This document shows, piece after piece, positions 35,690 to 48,477 of a stretch of 64,000 nt of DNA. The position numbers and the translations under genes are program-made. Source of the stretch: Hormiphora californensis. Lineage: Eukaryota; Animalia; Ctenophora. The notes under the pieces are model-generated. The model was given only the letters and a program-made list of their open reading frames with translations. It searched no databases and was not told the origin of the DNA. The stretch is from positions 7,006,001 through 7,070,000 of the forward strand of contig CM035359.1 of assembly GCA_020137815.1 (NCBI GenBank), written 5' to 3'. Each line of letters begins with the position of its first letter. Within the stretch, counting starts at the first letter, position 1.

Positions 35690-36632
35690 ATACCTCTCTC
35701 CATCTCCCCCTCTCTCTATAATACCTCCCTCCATCTTCCCCCTCTTTATCTCTCTAACCCTCTCTCTATCCCTCTTGTGTTATTGCCTCTTGTGTTATTG
35801 CCTGTTGTGTTATTGCCGTCATAAAAAGAGCTCAAGCTGGAAATGCGTAATTGGTAAACTAAGTTAGCGTGCCTCTTTTTTACAAGCTCCCATAACGACA
35901 ATTCAACCGGTTGTACTGAGCTATTATTTGGTTCTCCCTCCTACCATGTTTTTGTGACACATAAACACATTGTAATTCGTAGTTCTTCTATCGTGTCTGA
36001 TTATTTCCATATTTTGGCACGTTCTGGGGAACTCCCGAAGACACTCCATAGATAACTCCCAGTTGCAACTGTGAGACACGGTTGACCGAAATTCTTAATT
36101 CAAATCCATAGCATGGAATTGACGGTGTGCTCTCTAAAGAAATGCAAGAGCTCTCGTTATAAGTCACTAATTTCGAGTTAATTAACCGGGTTAACTTTAA
36201 ATGGTAGACTTCAAATTATGAAATAGAATACGAATAAACTATTTTGCACTGGGTAGGTGAGGACTGGGGTACATGTGGCGGCGGGAAATGGATACACCGT
36301 TTAACTGTCTTCAGTTTCCTGGCTGTGTTTAACTGACCTCTACACCCAGACACACTTCCTTCTACCTAGTCGATATATATCATGATGATTTAGTTATCCC
36401 ACTCAGATGAAACGCCCACACGGCCACTACCACACAGTACCATGACATACGGCCACCACTACAGCTGTCTACTTGCCCTCGATGTGTTGTTACTTCATAG
36501 TGTAGAATGGGCGGAACTCGACCCCTGCTGTATTCTGTAGAAGATGTGTGCCCCCTCTAATCATGCGATATACAATATAGGCGCCCTTCTATTGTCATTA
36601 GATATGGTTAATTGGGTTTTTGGATCCATTGC

Positions 36633-37148
36633 AACCTATTCTCGCTCCGCGAATAATAGGATCCCGGTCCGTTGAGAGCAAGAACTCACGTGCGCGCGAT
36701 ATAAAGCACGTTTTCAGCAGATCGCGCGTGACAGACCGTTTTTGGAGACCTTTTTAGCTGACCTAGCACTACTCAAACGTCAATTATCGCCTCATTTCGC
36801 ATCGTGATGAATCGGCGGGTATTTTCCCATACTCACAAGGCCATGACGATTCACCCAGTACCCGCAGATTGTCTCAGGACCGAGTAGGAGCTTGCAGCCA
36901 GGTCTTTAAAGAATTACTCATGTTTAGGGTCAATTTTGACCCACTATTCCTCAAATGCTGATACTCGCGGGTATTTTCCGTAAAACTAGAGACAATTATC
37001 TGCCAGGAGCAACAAACGAGATGCAAATCGGTTCAGTAGTTCCTTGCAGCCAGGTCTTTGAAAAAGTTTGCTCTAAAATCAATAACAGGCCGGAGACCTG
37101 TATGTGAGATCGATCTCGGTCGCTGCGCGACCTCGATCTCACTCAGGT
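36633..37148. mobile_element. Non-autonomous element with terminal GC hairpins and ~152-bp internal duplication (Helitron/Helentron-like)
   Basis: Hairpins TATTCTCGCTCCGCGAATA and GTGAGATCG...CGATCTCAC. GCGGGTATTTTCC and CTTGCAGCCAGGTCTTT each occur twice. Confidence 0.5.
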
Positions 37149-37797
37149 ATCAATGTGACCAAATTGGGTTTCAAGTTCTCATTTCTCAATTAGGGTGCAT
37201 CAACATCAGTGAGGTATTGACACCGGTATAAGAAATAGCAATTAGTCTTTCAATTAGGATGTTTGGCGTGGTTAATTGAAATTGAGGTCGATCAGTTTGT
37301 CAATTATAGGGTAGATATTATGTTTTTTGCCATTGTGTGTTTGCTCTGGGCGTTGCATTTATTCTAGAGAGAAATCCAGTAACAATTCACATCTGCTAGC
37401 ATTTACAGCTACAGAGAAGAAGAGTGATCCTGCAGAGGTCTTGAGAGTGTTTGTGGTAATGGAGTTAGAGTGGATTTAGAGTGCTTGTCTCATCTCCTCC
37501 CGCTCAAAATGTAGATTCATAGAACGAAAAATGCAGTTAGGGCTATCATGAAACTCAATTTCCATGATCAGAATTTGTGTTGAAATCCCTTTTGTGAGAT
37601 CTAGCCCTTTACTCCAGAACGCCCCTCAACAACGAATCTCAACAATCCAGAACTGTTCCTAAGAATGAGTTGTTCTAATTGATCTGTTCGCTATATCTTT
37701 AGCCTTTAAAATGCTTTGTACACCTTGAGTCAGGTCTTGAGGAGACATATAAAGAGAATCAATCTTATCTGAGACTTTCTCCACATGGGTGCGAATT

Positions 37798-37878
<81 letters not shown>

Positions 37879-37881
37879 AGG

Positions 37882-37997
<116 letters not shown>

Positions 37998-39450
37998 GTA
38001 TTATATGCCAATCAAATTATATGTACAAGCAGCTTGCATTGCATGGGGTGTTTTGTGGAAATGGGGACACACACATACACATCCTTTGTTTGCTTGTTGA
38101 GTAAGGGGGAGCTCAACAATTGTTTGCAGTATTATAGGGATGGCATTATCTGCAGTTTTACCGATAATATATAGCTCCCTGCTGCAGCCATGGCTCTATT
38201 GTTTCAGACCCATTGTTTCCTTTGCAAGTTGTTGAAAAGGACTGATAATAGGGCTGTGTAGCACCAATCCAATAGCGTGTTTGATCTACACCCACTTGCT
38301 AAATATATATCCTGTTGACACTACCAGGCAGTAGATTAACTATATCTCCTTATGAACAGAGGTTTTCCACGGTCCATCGACCGAGCATAGTACACGCAGT
38401 GCCAGTGTTTGGTTTTAATAGGGCGGCTTCTATTTTATGTCACACTGTGAATGGACCGGAAATGCTATGTTGAGGGTTTGTTAAGAACTGTCAGGTCTTG
38501 TCTCTCTCATATTCCATGGGGCTATTATATTCCCATTCTGGGGCTATTATGTTCCCATTCTTTGTATATTATTTTCTATCTATAGTGCAAAACATGAAAT
38601 ATTGAAATGTTGAGATAGGATATGGATTTGTGTGATACACAGAATGATGAGCAGTTCATAGCGAACTCACTGAGATATAGGTAACCCTTTGAAGTCTCCA
38701 AGGCACGTATATATCATATTATGTATAATGTGATATATAAACATCTATGGATCTCTTGCAAGAGATCATATTGATATCATGACAAATCCTTGCACATTGC
38801 CTGTTCAGTGTTCAGACTATCTTTATATCTTGTGGAATTATAAAGTCATGTAAAACGAGATATTGCCTTGTTAACCAAATTTAAAACTCTAATTGGGAGT
38901 TATCTACTGACTGCTGGGAGATTTCCCACGCATTTTATCAACAATTTGTTTGTACTACTTGTACTGCAGACATTTGCGGTTTTTAATGACATCTATTATG
39001 TGGTAGGAACTTGGGAAATTTTCTTGAAAGCAAAGAATTTGTTTTATTGTTTTTAAAATCTACCGATGACTTGTTATGGAAGAACTCATCAACCAATGAC
39101 TGCACGTTTTTTTTGGATCCTCCCCGTGCTAACATTTGTCACTCCCTGTTACACACCATGTATCCTGGCCATGACTGCACGTTAGGTGAAAAACTCCGTC
39201 GTTACCAGATATAGAAGTGCCGTATTAATTGGATCAATTACCACACAATTGGATTACCTAACTGTCAATAACTGCTGCTACTAATAGTGTTTGTCTCTAT
39301 TGTGTGTGTATCGCAGTATCTTGGCAGCATGAGAGCTGTTCTGCTTCTCTGCACACAAACTTTATACATGCATGCGACCCATTATCAACCTGACTGATTC
39401 TGGGACAGACTGCAACATGGGAGAAATAAACAGAGAGAGAGAGAGGGTGA

Positions 39451-39492
<42 letters not shown>

Positions 39493-40050
39493 GAGAGATG
39501 AGTAGGGGCTGACCAAGAGGTCTTCTCCTGCAAAGCCTAAGCTGCTCTTTATATTTCAGTTTTTCCCGCCAAACGCTACATACAGATTGTTTTTAGTGTT
39601 TACCCTGAGTAGTGAGACAGTCCCATCTGCAGATGTCATTGACTCTCTTATTACAAGTTGCGTGATTTTATAGTTTTGTTTATCACTTCCTCTATATTTC
39701 TAGTTGTCATTAAGCTGTCAAAAACCGGGCACATAGATACGGAAGTTCTACCAGCCTGACAATTTTACTGAATTTTCTCTCCTTAGAGGACATTATCTTT
39801 CTTCTGGCTCCTGGTATCTTGCCACGCCGCAAATTCAGTTAATTTTATAAGAATCTTATCTTGGTATGAACCGCGGCTCTGTATTTACTGCAGGTTGTAA
39901 CTTCCAAAAAACTTCCTTTTTCATTTTTGTAATGTACCGTGATCTCTTTTATCTTTGTTAGAGGCGTATACTGAGTTTTCAGCTTATTAAATAATCTATT
40001 TGAATCTATGGCAGGTTATGGTTCAGTGAAGTTAGAGAAGAAGTGCAATA

Positions 40051-43000
40051 ATGTCGAAACCGTATGAGAAACTGGAGGTAAGACAACAACTTGAAATTAC
40101 AAACCATGATTGCCCTCTATCGCAGCTTCAACCGCCCCCCCCCTCACTTATTAACTATATCTCATCTATCTTCTCAAAAATTTCACAAATTTAATAGAAC
40201 TCACCCTTCTTCCAACCTTGTGTGCGAGTTAACCCGTTTACAAGACGCAGCTGGATGCCACCTGTACAATATCGTTATGCATGCAATATCGTTATGCATG
40301 CATACAAAACTGTCATTGACCCGGACATTTCGCTGTTAGCTACTTTTTACAGGTCAAATGACCCTAATCCACCCTTTTTTCAACTGTAAAGTCGATTAAA
40401 GCAACTTTGAAAGCCCTAAAAAGCTTCCTTCGGCCATAAATCCGTTTTTATATAAAAACACAAGGATTTGTAGCGAAGCAAATTTTAAATTTTCCACCAA
40501 AATACATTAATTTGGCCATTCTGCACTCGTTTTCCATCTGAAAGGCTGTATCTTACGTACTATAGTCATTAGAACCGATTGTGAACCGCCCCCCTCACTT
40601 ATTAACTATTACCGTAATCTGGGGTAACTTTGTTTTGCAGGGTAACTTTGGACACTTTCAAAATTTGGCTTTAGTCCAAAATTACCAACAGATAACAACA
40701 GATTTGGCATAATTTTTGGGTGTACAAGTAATTGACCTACAAATGTCTAACTAACAGTACAATTATTTTTTTCAATTCTATGCTAATTAGCTCCTAATTA
40801 GGGGCAAACATAATTGATGTCAAAATCGCTAAAAATGTTCAAATCAAAATGGGTACCATAGATTTGACCGGGCTAATGACCGAATCAAGTTTGCTCCATA
40901 GAGTGGAAGGGTTTCGATCAAATAATTCGGGGCACCATTTTTCAAACCCGATCAATTACTTGAATTGAGACTAATAGGGGTGGCTAATGTTACCCCACCA
41001 TTTTTTGAATTTTGGGGTAACTTTGGACGGGGTGCCAAAGTTACCCCACACTACAGGTTTTGAACTTTTGATGTCTGTAGAGTTGCCTTAGACCCTCTCT
41101 GAATTGTTTAGGGCCATATAGTTAACCAATATTCAGCCCACTCCACGCCCATTTCCATCCATCTATTCGATGGGTTAGTGAAAAAACTAGGATTTGAACT
41201 ATTTTATGGAGCTAAATCACAGAAATCCGGCCTGAAACCCATCAAACTTCAACAATTTGGGGTTCCTCATCCATCCTGTAGCTTGTTAGATGGTATTGGA
41301 TCTCTAGGCGAGTGTTCTTGTAGACAATCTATACAGGAGCACAGGTACCAAAACTTCTTTATTTAGCCAGTACCCATAAGTAGACCACTTCCTGTCTATC
41401 TAATTCAGCAAAACGAACTAACACACTCGCCTAGAGGGCCAATACCATCTACCAAACTACAGGATGGATGAGGGACTCCAAATTACTGAAGTTTAATGGG
41501 TTTCAGGCCGGATGTGGCAACCTCTAAATCAAGTCCGATTGAGCTGAAATTTTATTTGGTGGCTAGTTTCATCATTCCTCACACCCAAAAAAGTTGAGTC
41601 GACATTTTTTTAAATCATGGGGCGTTTGGCTAACCATATTGTTCTTTTTTAATTTATTGACCCATTTAAACCCCATTTAAAAATTTTAGGTTCATTTATT
41701 TATCATTGCAAAATGTTCGGATTTATGTTTGTTCCAATATTACTATCGTGGGGTAACTTTGGACGGGTGTCCAAAGTTACCCTACCCTCATTCCAAAGTT
41801 ACCCCATGCCCTAAAACCCCACTTACACTAAAATACACGTTAATTAATGTAATTAAATGAGAGGGGACCAAAAATTTCACTAGTTATATCTGGTGTACTT
41901 GGTCTGGAACGGGATTATTTGGTCCAAAAATTTTCGAGTGTGGTTCTGGCAAGGAGTTATTTTAGGAGAATGCTAAAAAGTGGTACAAAGTTACCCCAAC
42001 TTACGGTATATCCCATCTATATTCTCAACAATTTCGCAAATTTAATAAAACTCGCCCTTCTTCCAACCTTGTGTGCGAGTTAACCCGTTTACAAGATGCA
42101 CCTGGATGCCACCTGTACAATATCGTTATGAAATTGCAATAACTTTCACAATGTGGCATTTTGGTTTTGAAGATATCTCTGTATAGATTTGAGTAGTATT
42201 TATTTACCCCCAATGCCTTCAATTTTATACGATAGTCTTAACTGCCAAAACATGTTCTTTTCCCACTCCCAGATGGCGGAGGCGTCAGAGACAGCCCAGA
42301 TCTCTACAAGCCCAGTCGAGAAGAAGGAGGAGGAAGGGGAGCGGGATGCATGGGGGGCAAAGACAGAGTACATGCTCGCCCTGATTGGTTATGCAGTTGG
42401 TATCGGTAATATTTGGAGGTTTCCCTATCTGTGTCATCGTTACGGGGGAGGTAAGATGATATCAACTACTACAGATAAGAAGTAAGATGATCATTAACAA
42501 CACTAGAGAACCTGCTTGATAACTTCCTACATTCTTTAACATTTTCTCCCTACCAGGTTCTTTCCTGATTCCCTACATCATTATGTTGTTTGTTATGGGA
42601 ATCCCTATGTTCTGCTTGGAAACCTGTTTAGGACAACTGACCAATAAGGGAGCACCTGGCGCCTTCGCGGTATATTTAATTTTGTTACGAAGTTACACCT
42701 TGCCAGCGTGCACGAAGGTCGCATCTTTAGAGGGGTTATTTCGTAACCAAATAATAATACTTAATATCGTATTCAATTGTACACCATGAATAAGAAAGGG
42801 AAACTAAAATCATCTTTTCTCAGGCAATGCACCCGCTATTTCGAGGCATTGGATATGCAGCTATGGTAGTCGATTTGATCTGCAGTTACTATTACAACTC
42901 CATCATTATGTGGATTCTGCGGTACTTCCTCTCTTCCTTCACCCTAGGTGAGTGCTCCTTTATAAGCTTAAAATATGCTCCTTCACAAAATGATTATATC

Positions 43001-46000
43001 AAACCATCCCCTCTTAGGTGATTTACCCTGGGCTGACTGTCCCTTGAACTCAACCTGCTGTATCCACTCCGACAACGCCACAATGCACTACTGGTGAGTG
43101 ATAGATCACAAGCTCCTAATTCAATGAACTCCATTTTATATGACTATTTCCCCAGGTACTATGACGCACTAAAGGCAAGTAACGATATTGGAGTGGTCGG
43201 AGGAATTGACTGGTACCTCTTTGGGTGTCTTGTCATCGCGTGGGTGGTCTGTTTCCTTTGTATGTGCAAAGGTAAGTGTAACACACATTACAACATTTGT
43301 CAACCAATCATTTTTTGCAAAGCTATATGAACACCAGGAACCGACCGAAACAAGTAAACAACCAATCAGAACTCGTTATTTAGGTCACGTGACTGGTTAT
43401 CAGCCAATCAGGGACCAGTATTTCGGTTCCTACTAAACGCAATCTCTACTTCAGGAGTTGAATCATCTGGTAAAGTGGTCTACTTCACAGCCACATTCCC
43501 CTACGTTCTCCTTGTGGTTCTGTTCTTCCGTGGTGTAACCCTCCCTGGAGCAGGAGAGGGCATCAAATATTACATTACACCAAAGGTAGGGGCATCAAAT
43601 ATTACATTACACCAAAGGTATAGGGGCATCAAATATTACATTACACCAAAGGTAGGGGCATCAAATACTACATTACACCAAAGGTATAGGGGCATCAAAT
43701 ATTACATTACACCAAAGGTAGGGGGCATCAAATATTACATTACACCAAAGGTAGGGGGCATCAAATATTACATTACACCAAAGGTAGGGGCATCAAATAT
43801 TACATTACACCAAAGGTAGGGGCATCAAATACTACATTACACCAAAGGTAGGGGCATCAAATATTACATTACACCAAACCGGTAGGGGCATCAAATATTA
43901 CATTACACCAAAGGTAGGGACATCAAATATTACATTACACCAAAGGTAGGGGCATCAAATATTACATTACACCAAAGGTAGGGGCATCAAATATTACATT
44001 ACACCAAAGGTAGGGGCATCAAATATTACATTACACCAAAGGTAGGGGCATCAAATATTACATTACACCAAAGGTAGGGGCATCAAATATTACATTACAC
44101 CAAAGGTAGGGGCATCAAATATTACATTACACCAAAGGTAAGGGCATCAAATATTACATTACACCAAAGGTAGGGGCATCAAATATTACATTACACCAAA
44201 GGTAGGGGCATCAAATATTACATTACACCAAAGGTAGGGGCATCAAATATCACATTACACCAAAGGTAGGGGCATCAAATATTACATTACACCAAAGGTA
44301 GGGGCATCAAATATTACATTACACCAAAGGTAGGGGCATCAAATATTACATTACACCAAAGGTAGGGGCATCAAATATTACATTACACCAAACCGGTAGG
44401 GGCATCAAATATTACTCTCTCACTAACCCTCCCCTCCCTGCTATAGTGGGAGCACTTAATGAACCCGGAAGTTTGGAGAACTGCAGCCACCCAGATCTTC
44501 TATTCTCTGGGTATTGCGTTTGGTAGTGTTGTCGCTTACAGTTCCTACAACAAGAAGAATAACAACTGTCTATTAGGTAAGCGGTTATTACCTGCACCGG
44601 GGTGGCGGGGTGTCCCTCCTGTTCGGTCATCCATTAACCACGTGTAGAATTAGTAAATACAAGGATCTCTGTAAACCACGTGTAGAATTAGTAAATACAA
44701 GGATCTCTGTAAACCACGTGTAGAATTAGTAAATACAAGGATCTCTGTAAACCTTTTCACACACACACACACACCACGTCTTTTCAGATGGTATTATTGT
44801 GACTCTGATAAACTGTTGTACCAGTATTTTCGGAGGTTTCGTCATCTTCTCTATCCTGGGATACAGAGCACACAAAACAGGTACAGAACCCTTTTTGTAA
44901 TTTAAGTTAGTGATTCGAACCAATATGTTATGCCAGAAAAAATTGTTTCACCGCTAAAAACGACTTTGTTTTAGGTGTGAAGTTTGAGAACCTGAAATCA
45001 GGACCTGGACTGGCGTTTGTTGCCATAACTGATGCAATCTCTGAAATGAGTATTGGACCACTTTGGGCCATCCTCTTCTTCTTTATGTTGTTCCTTCTTG
45101 GTCTGGACAGTCAGGTAACTTCCCCTGAACTTCTCCTGAACTGCTAAACCCAAGAAGGACTCTATATCTAACCCTAACCTTTACACTAACCCCTAAACTC
45201 GCACCCAATTAACGGCTCTAACACTTCTGAGTATAGAGGCACAGCAAACTTCCCCTGAACTTCTCAATATATTGTAAAAGTATATTAAGGTTCACCGTCT
45301 CTCACCCCACCCCGTGCCTGAAGAAAGTTTAACCCTTTCTTCACTAGTTTGGTATGTTGGAGAGTCTACTCACCTCCCTGAAGGACGAGTTCCCTATACT
45401 CAACAGAGCCAGAAAGGAACTTGTATCAGGTAATCCTTTTGGTGACGCAGTCACCCTACATCTTATCTTCAGGAAGTATCTGTTTGTTAACCCGCTAACA
45501 TCTTATCTTCAGGAAGTATCTGTTTGTTAACCCGCTAACATCTTATCTTCAGGAAGTATCTGTTTGTTAACCCGCTAACATCTTATCTTCAGGAAGTATC
45601 TGTCTGTTAACCCGCTAACATCTTATCTTCAGGAAGTATCTGTTTGTTAACCCGCTAACATCTTATCTTCAGGAAGTATCTGTTTGTTAACCCTAACATC
45701 TTATCTTCAGGAAGTATCTGTTTGTTAACCCGCTAACATCTTATCTTCAGGAAGTATCTGTTTGTTAATGCTAACATCTTATCTTCAGGAAGTATCTGTT
45801 TGTTAACCCGCTAACATCTTATCTTCAGGAAGTATCTGTTTGTTAACCCGCTAACATCTTATCTTCAGGAAGTATCTGTTTGTTAACCCGCTAACATCTT
45901 ATCTTCAGGAAGTATCTGTTTGTTAATGCTAACATCTTATCTTCAGGAAGTATCTGTTTGTTAACGCTAACATCTTATCTTCAGGAAGTATCTGTTTGTT

Positions 46001-48041
46001 AACCCGCTAACATCTTATCTTCAGGAAGTATCTGTTTGTTAACCCGCTAACATCTTATCTTCAGGAAGTATCTGTTTGTTAACATCTTATCTTCAGGAAG
46101 TATCTGTTTGTTAACCCGCTAACATCTTATCTTCAGGAAGTATCTGTTTGTTAACCCTAACATCTTATCTTCAGGAAGTATCTGTTTGTTAACCCGCTAA
46201 CATCTTATCTTCAGGAAGTATCTGTTTGTTAACCCGCTAACATCTTATCTTCAGGAAGTATCTGTTTGTTAACCCGCTAACATCTTATCTTCAGGGAGTA
46301 TCTGTTTGTTAACCCGCTAACATCTTATCTTCAGGAAGTATCTGTTAACCCGCTAACATCTTATCTTCAGGAAGTATCTGTTTGTTAATGCTAACATCTT
46401 ATCTTCAGGAAGTATTTGTTTGTTAACCCGCTAACATCTTATCTTCAGGAAGTATCTGTTTGTGAACACGCTAACATCTTATCTTCAGGAAGTATCTGTT
46501 AACCCGCTAACATCTTATCTTCAGGAAGTATCTGTTTGTTAACCCGCTAACATCTTATATTCAGGAAGTATCTGTTTGTTAACCCGCTAACATCTTATCT
46601 TCAGGAAGTATCTGTTTGTTAACCCGCTAACATCTTATCTTCAGGAAGTATCTGTTTGTTAACCCGCTAACATCTTATCTTCAGGAAGTATCTGTTTGTT
46701 AACCCGCTAACATCTTATCTGCAGGAAGTATCTGTTTGTTAACCCGCTAACATCTTATCTTCAGGAAGTATCTGTTTGTTAACCCGCTAACATCTTATCT
46801 TCAGGAAGTATCTGTTTGTTAACCCGCTAACATCTTATCTTCAGGAAGTATCTGTTTGTTAACCCGCTAACATCTTATCTTCAGGAAGTATCTGTTTGTT
46901 AACCCGCTAACATCTTATCTTCAGGAAGTATCTGTCTGTTCTTGTTCATCGCTGCTATTCCTATGGCCTTCCAGGGAGGGCTCTACATTGTGGACATTCT
47001 GGATAACTGGTCCCTATCATACCCTCTCCTCATCATTGCCGTCACTGAGATGGTCGCTGTTTCCTGGGTGTATGGAGTGGACAGATTCGCGGATGAGATC
47101 AAGGAAATGATAGGATACCGACCTAACTTGTACTTCACCATCTGCTGGAAGGTAAAACTCTTTCATCAATATAATGGGAAAAGGGATGAAACTTGAGTAG
47201 GCCGAAATTTCCCGTCATCAGATCACATCAAATCACCTTACCCAGTATCAGATTATCCCTCTAGGATCGGATCATATCCCACTCAGGATCAGATCTTAGA
47301 TACTACCTATCAAGCACTCTGTGTGATGTGATCCCCCTTATCTTATATTAGAGAGATAGCGAAAGTTAGAGATAGAGGGAGAGAGGGAGTAAGAGTGAAC
47401 AACGGGCCCTAGTAAAGATAAAATATATTGCTCAACACAACTAACATACATTTTACTTTCAGTATGTTAGCCCTGTTCTAGTTTCCCTCCTCATCCTGTC
47501 TGGTATTGTCCTGAGTATTCTCCAAGGTTATCCCAGCTACGAGAAGTTTGTTGGTTGTGATAACACCACCCTCATCGATCAGGTACATATTTCTTATGAT
47601 ATGTTTCACTTCTTCTTCTTCTTCTGTTTCACTACTTACTTAGTATTTGTTTCTTAGTATTTGTTTGTTTGAAAGAACTTCATGACCAACATTCCCCCAC
47701 CTATTATAGGGTCTTGCGCCTGAAGCCACGGCCAGTTGGGTGGTACCCGATAAAATGCCCGGAGGAGTAGTAGGATTCATAGTATTAATTAACATGGCGT
47801 AAGTAAAGCTATACTATTCTACAAGTCTCTAACTTCATGTTATCTACCGAATTGCCAAGCTAAACTGCCACTCGCGGGGTTGAACAAAACAACTACCGAA
47901 GTAGACGGCCCCGGGCCGGGATCTCACATTGTAACACCCTCATAACACCCTCATAACACCACATTATATCTCAGGTCGTGTTTCATGATCCCCCTGTACG
48001 CCATCAAGTACTTCAACGACAAACGAAGGTCCAGATTATAG
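40051..48041 (+). CDS. SLC6 / neurotransmitter:sodium symporter (NSS) family transporter, amino-acid type (~570 aa)
   Basis: Probable first coding exon 40051-40077 (MSKPYEKLE, phase 0), then 42273-42450, 42557-42669, 42824-42947, 43018-43093, 43156-43271, 43455-43585, 44447-44576, 44788-44880, 44975-45114, 45348-45429, 46925-47151, 47463-47582, 47710-47798, 47975-48041. Signature motifs: [67 protein letters not shown]1 has Gly rather than the monoamine-transporter Asp. Confidence 0.95.
40612..42006. mobile_element. Non-autonomous Tc1/mariner(pogo)-like DNA transposon, 1.4 kb, in SLC6 intron 1
   Basis: TA-flanked TIRs CCGTAATCTGGGGTAACTTTG / CAAAGTTACCCCAACTTACGG, repeated subterminal GGGGTAACTTTGGAC motifs, and an internal inverted repeat at ~41222-41515. 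Confidence 0.85.
43336..43431 (+). mobile_element. Short dispersed element (CCAAT-GTCACGTGAC-CCAAT core)
   Basis: A near-identical reverse-complement copy lies at 56782-56876 and a degenerate copy at ~20140-20220. Confidence 0.85.
43559..44415 (+). repeat. Minisatellite of ~26 x 32-34 bp; unit = last 27 nt of an SLC6 exon plus its splice donor
   Basis: Unit GGCATCAAATATTACATTACACCAAAG|GTAGG; the first copy is the true exon end at 43585. Confidence 0.97.
44637..44752 (+). repeat. 38-bp tandem repeat x3 in an SLC6 intron
   Basis: AACCACGTGTAGAATTAGTAAATACAAGGATCTCTGTA. Confidence 0.9.
45458..46940 (+). repeat. Minisatellite of ~37 x 40 bp; unit = branch point + acceptor + start of an SLC6 exon
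   Basis: Unit CCCGCTAACATCTTATCTTCAG|GAAGTATCTGTTTGTTAA; the last copy is the true acceptor at 46924/46925. Confidence 0.97.
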
Positions 48042-48477
48042 AGACTCAACCATTATATTGATATAGTTATAGCTGTGTATCAGAGTCAGTACGTGTATGG
48101 GGCAGCTTTGTGTAGTTACCATGGTTACCATAGTTACAATGCAGTTGGTGAGAGAAATATTAATTTGGGACTCTTGGGATCGTAGTATTATTATTATGAA
48201 TAAAATATTTTCAATATGCTATAAGCACATACTGCTTTTCGGACTATATGCCCATTCTAGGCTGCTAATTCACTGTGGTAATGTATCTAGATTTGGATAC
48301 ACTATAAATTGGAAGTATGAACCCAACGGTCCGCGCTGCTAAACTGAATTTATTTTATTTTGAAACAGAAACTGTTGTTTTTTAACACTTAACAACTAAA
48401 ACGTTCTACAATTTGTTCTTTGTTCAACAAAAAAACCAACTGTCACAACTAACAGTACAAATCGCACCCTTTCCATT

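Noticed and set aside
37400-37790. Broken minus-strand coding-like stretch (possible transposase relic)
   Set aside because: Multiple stops and no recognisable motif; it cannot be assigned without a search.
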